From assembly GCA_043228905.1 (NCBI GenBank), contig JBHGNT010000020.1, positions 14,446,001 to 14,510,000 on the forward strand: a stretch of DNA of 64,000 nt, written 5' to 3'. Source of the DNA: Azolla caroliniana. Its lineage: Eukaryota; Plantae; Polypodiophyta. Made by a program: the position numbers and the translations under genes. Below are positions 61,401-64,000 of the stretch, piece by piece. Below the pieces are notes generated by a model. It saw nothing but the letters and a program-made list of their open reading frames with translations, was not told the DNA's origin and did no database searches. How positions within the stretch are numbered: position 1 is the first letter of the stretch; each line of letters begins with the position of its first letter.

Positions 61401-63848
61401 TTTCATTACCGGTGGAGTACTATTATTTAGCATCGTGATATTAGTAAGTCTATGTTTCTTCATTCGAAGGAAGACTCGAGCAAATCACAATATACATGAA
61501 ATACAATTAGTACAACCTCAAACTCCCACCCATCCTACACCTTATAAGTACCGAGATCCTTCTGGTATGTTGTTAATAATCCTTAATGGTATGAAATTCT
61601 TCAATTTCTTTTAGGTTTTATCGATGATAAGCACTCTTCATTTACATTTCTCTTTGACATTGGTTTCAATGAATTGTAGAATTCAACTTTTGGAAAAAAG
61701 ATAACATCATTTTATTTTATTTCGTCTGCAGTCAATATTAATACAGAAGAAATAAATAATGCTACTAAAGTCGCGCAACAATTTACTTTTCAAGAGATTC
61801 AAATTGCAACGAATAATTTCTCAGAGTTCCTTGGTCAAGGTGGTTTTGGTCGGGTATACAAGGGAAATCTTCCAAATGGTTTACAAGTCGCTGTTAAAAT
61901 ATTATCAAGCACCTCAATACAAGGACCCCAAGAATTTCTCAATGAGGTATTTGATTTCTCTACATTTAAACGAAATATTTACTTTCTTTTGTAGATGGAA
62001 ATTTATGAGAATGATCCATGTACTTTTATTCAAGTTGGACGTAGTAATGTAATTCAATCCAGTGAGTAACTTAATTCAATAGAGTGATTAAATTCACTTT
62101 GACTTAGTGATGCTAATACATTGGATCACTATACTGCATTTTATGTTAGACTTTTAATTTTGGTATACTAAGTTACTTTTCCTTCTGAATTTTATGTAAC
62201 TCTTCTCATAATTTTGCTATACTAACTTTTTCTTTTGAATTGTAGGTCACTCTTCTCTCTCGTGTGCACCACAAAAACCTTGTTAGATTTGAGGGCTATT
62301 GTATCAAGGAATCTCTAGTGTTGGTTTATGAATTTATGTCAAATGGTTCATTGTACGATGCCCTATCGAGTAAGATAATCTACACTTAATTTTCATTTGC
62401 CCACATTTTCCCTCAATTGTAAACTACTCCTTTGTCCCTAACAACGTCACATTATTTATTTTATCAATATATTAGGAATCTTTAGGATAGTATTTTACAT
62501 CATTGAAAAGAAACTCTAGGGGTGGGTGCATTAAGTTGGTCGTGTTTTTAGAATCTCCCAAAATGAACTCAAGTTGTTGTATCGGAGAAACTATAAGAAT
62601 GTATTTATCTCATGATGTAACGTAATTGTTCACTTAAGGGTACCTTTACATTAAAAATATTTGTTTCTTTACTCGTTACAAAAGGAAGAAAAGCAACACA
62701 AACTCTAACATGGCTTGAGAGATTACAAATTTTATTTGATGCTGCACAAGGTAAGAAAATCTCCATATTCTATCATTTTTATACCATAATTGCATATTTT
62801 GTGCTGAAATGATGATTGTCTTTTTATGTAGGACTTGCGTATCTACACGATGGATGTAATATCATTCATAGAGATGTGAAGAGTAGCAATATTTTATTAT
62901 CTAATAATCTAAAAGGAAAGATGTCGGACTTTGGAATATCAAAACTCAAGTCTCTTGATTCAGATAACATAGCAACAAGGGTAGTTGGTACTGTTGGGTA
63001 CATAGATCCACAGTAAGTCTTAGAGCTTATAATCATGACAAGGAAAGAAATATTAATATTATCAATAGAAAATTTGAAAGAAAAAGTTGTAGGTTACGCC
63101 TTAGCTATGGCAAAAGTTTAATCAAGAAGGAGAAGGAGAATAGTTCATATAAAATATTGCTTTAATTGTTCTTTTACGTTTTGTCCTTTCATGTGAGAGG
63201 AAAAACAATGGTTTATTTTACTTGTCTATTTCTTCTAATCTCATAATTTTTATTTCTATTTGCTGTTTTATAGAGGTTGTATATATTTTTTAATGCATTT
63301 AAACTCTAGGAAATCCCCCAAAAGGCCTTAAGTTTTGATGGTTTTTTATGTTTATTTTTATATCATAGGTACGCGTCCACATTCCAATTGACACAGAAGA
63401 TTGATATATATAGCTTTGGGGTGGTTCTCTTGGAATCTTTATGTGGACTACCACACATCTTTAAAGATATGGAAACAGAAAATCGAGATATTCACATTGT
63501 GGAATGGGTATGATAACAAATCATCTAGAAATTACATGATAGTTGGAGGAAAATTTGAAGAAACTTTGTATATGTTCTATTGGTGTATAGGTAAGACCAG
63601 CGTATAAGCAAGGGATTATAGAAAGCATTGTTGACGAACGACTTGAAAAGAATTATAATTTAGCATCCGTATGGAAAGTCGCAGGGATTGCCATGACATG
63701 TGTCCAGTTTGAAGGGGCAAAGAGACCTACAATGAATGTTGTTTGTAATAGCCTAAGTGAAGCCATAGGAATGGAATCTTGTCATGAGCCGTCATCATGC
63801 ACCACCATTGAAATATCATCAAATTATATACTTGAAATAATTTCATGA
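58442..63848 (+). CDS. Malectin-like / LRR receptor-like Ser/Thr kinase (LRR-I type), ~14 exons
   Basis: Signal-peptide exon 58442-58541; malectin-like exons 58644-59286 and 59360-59883 (SVDCG...[11 protein letters not shown]...[11 protein letters not shown]); GDPCLP; three LRR exons; TM segment; [40 protein letters not shown]; stop at 63846-63848. No disabling lesion noticed. Confidence 0.93.
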
Positions 63849-64000
63849 TGAATAATGTTCTTAAGTAATGAAGCTTACATGAATGTACATATATGCATAG
63901 CCTATACATAAATATGTTATTTTTTACTTCAAAGTAAGTATTCTTTAGTCATAAAAATCATTATATTTAATATATTGAATTGGGTAAATATTTATTTCAA

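Overview
This is repeat-dense nuclear DNA from a land plant, most likely a fern or another seed-free plant. The evidence is GT-AG spliced genes, nested LTR retrotransposons and a plastid rpl21 insertion carrying U-to-C-editing-type codons. From left to right the window holds: a young Ty3/gypsy chromovirus (<1-6948); a ~14 kb putative DNA-transposon module (~6950-20850); a 5'-truncated RTE-like LINE; gypsy and L1 fragments; a gypsy>copia>copia nest; a tRNA-Glu; the rpl21 insertion; a near-intact copia with target-site duplications (46748-52216); an ECM29 pseudogene fragment; a ~3.1 kb dispersed duplication; and one apparently intact malectin/LRR receptor-like kinase gene (58442-63848). The most striking part is the ~14 kb module. 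It carries a Sola-like/DUF7869-type DDD transposase gene on the minus strand. Head-to-head with it is a six-exon gene for a ~974-aa protein fusing a ParB/Srx-like domain to a prokaryotic-type beta-class N6A/N4C DNA methyltransferase (DIPY ... DLFSGTGTT). The first intron of that gene holds six 43-bp palindromes at a 51-bp period, and a decayed RING-finger gene lies downstream of the transposase. All family assignments come from motif recognition by eye, with no database searches.
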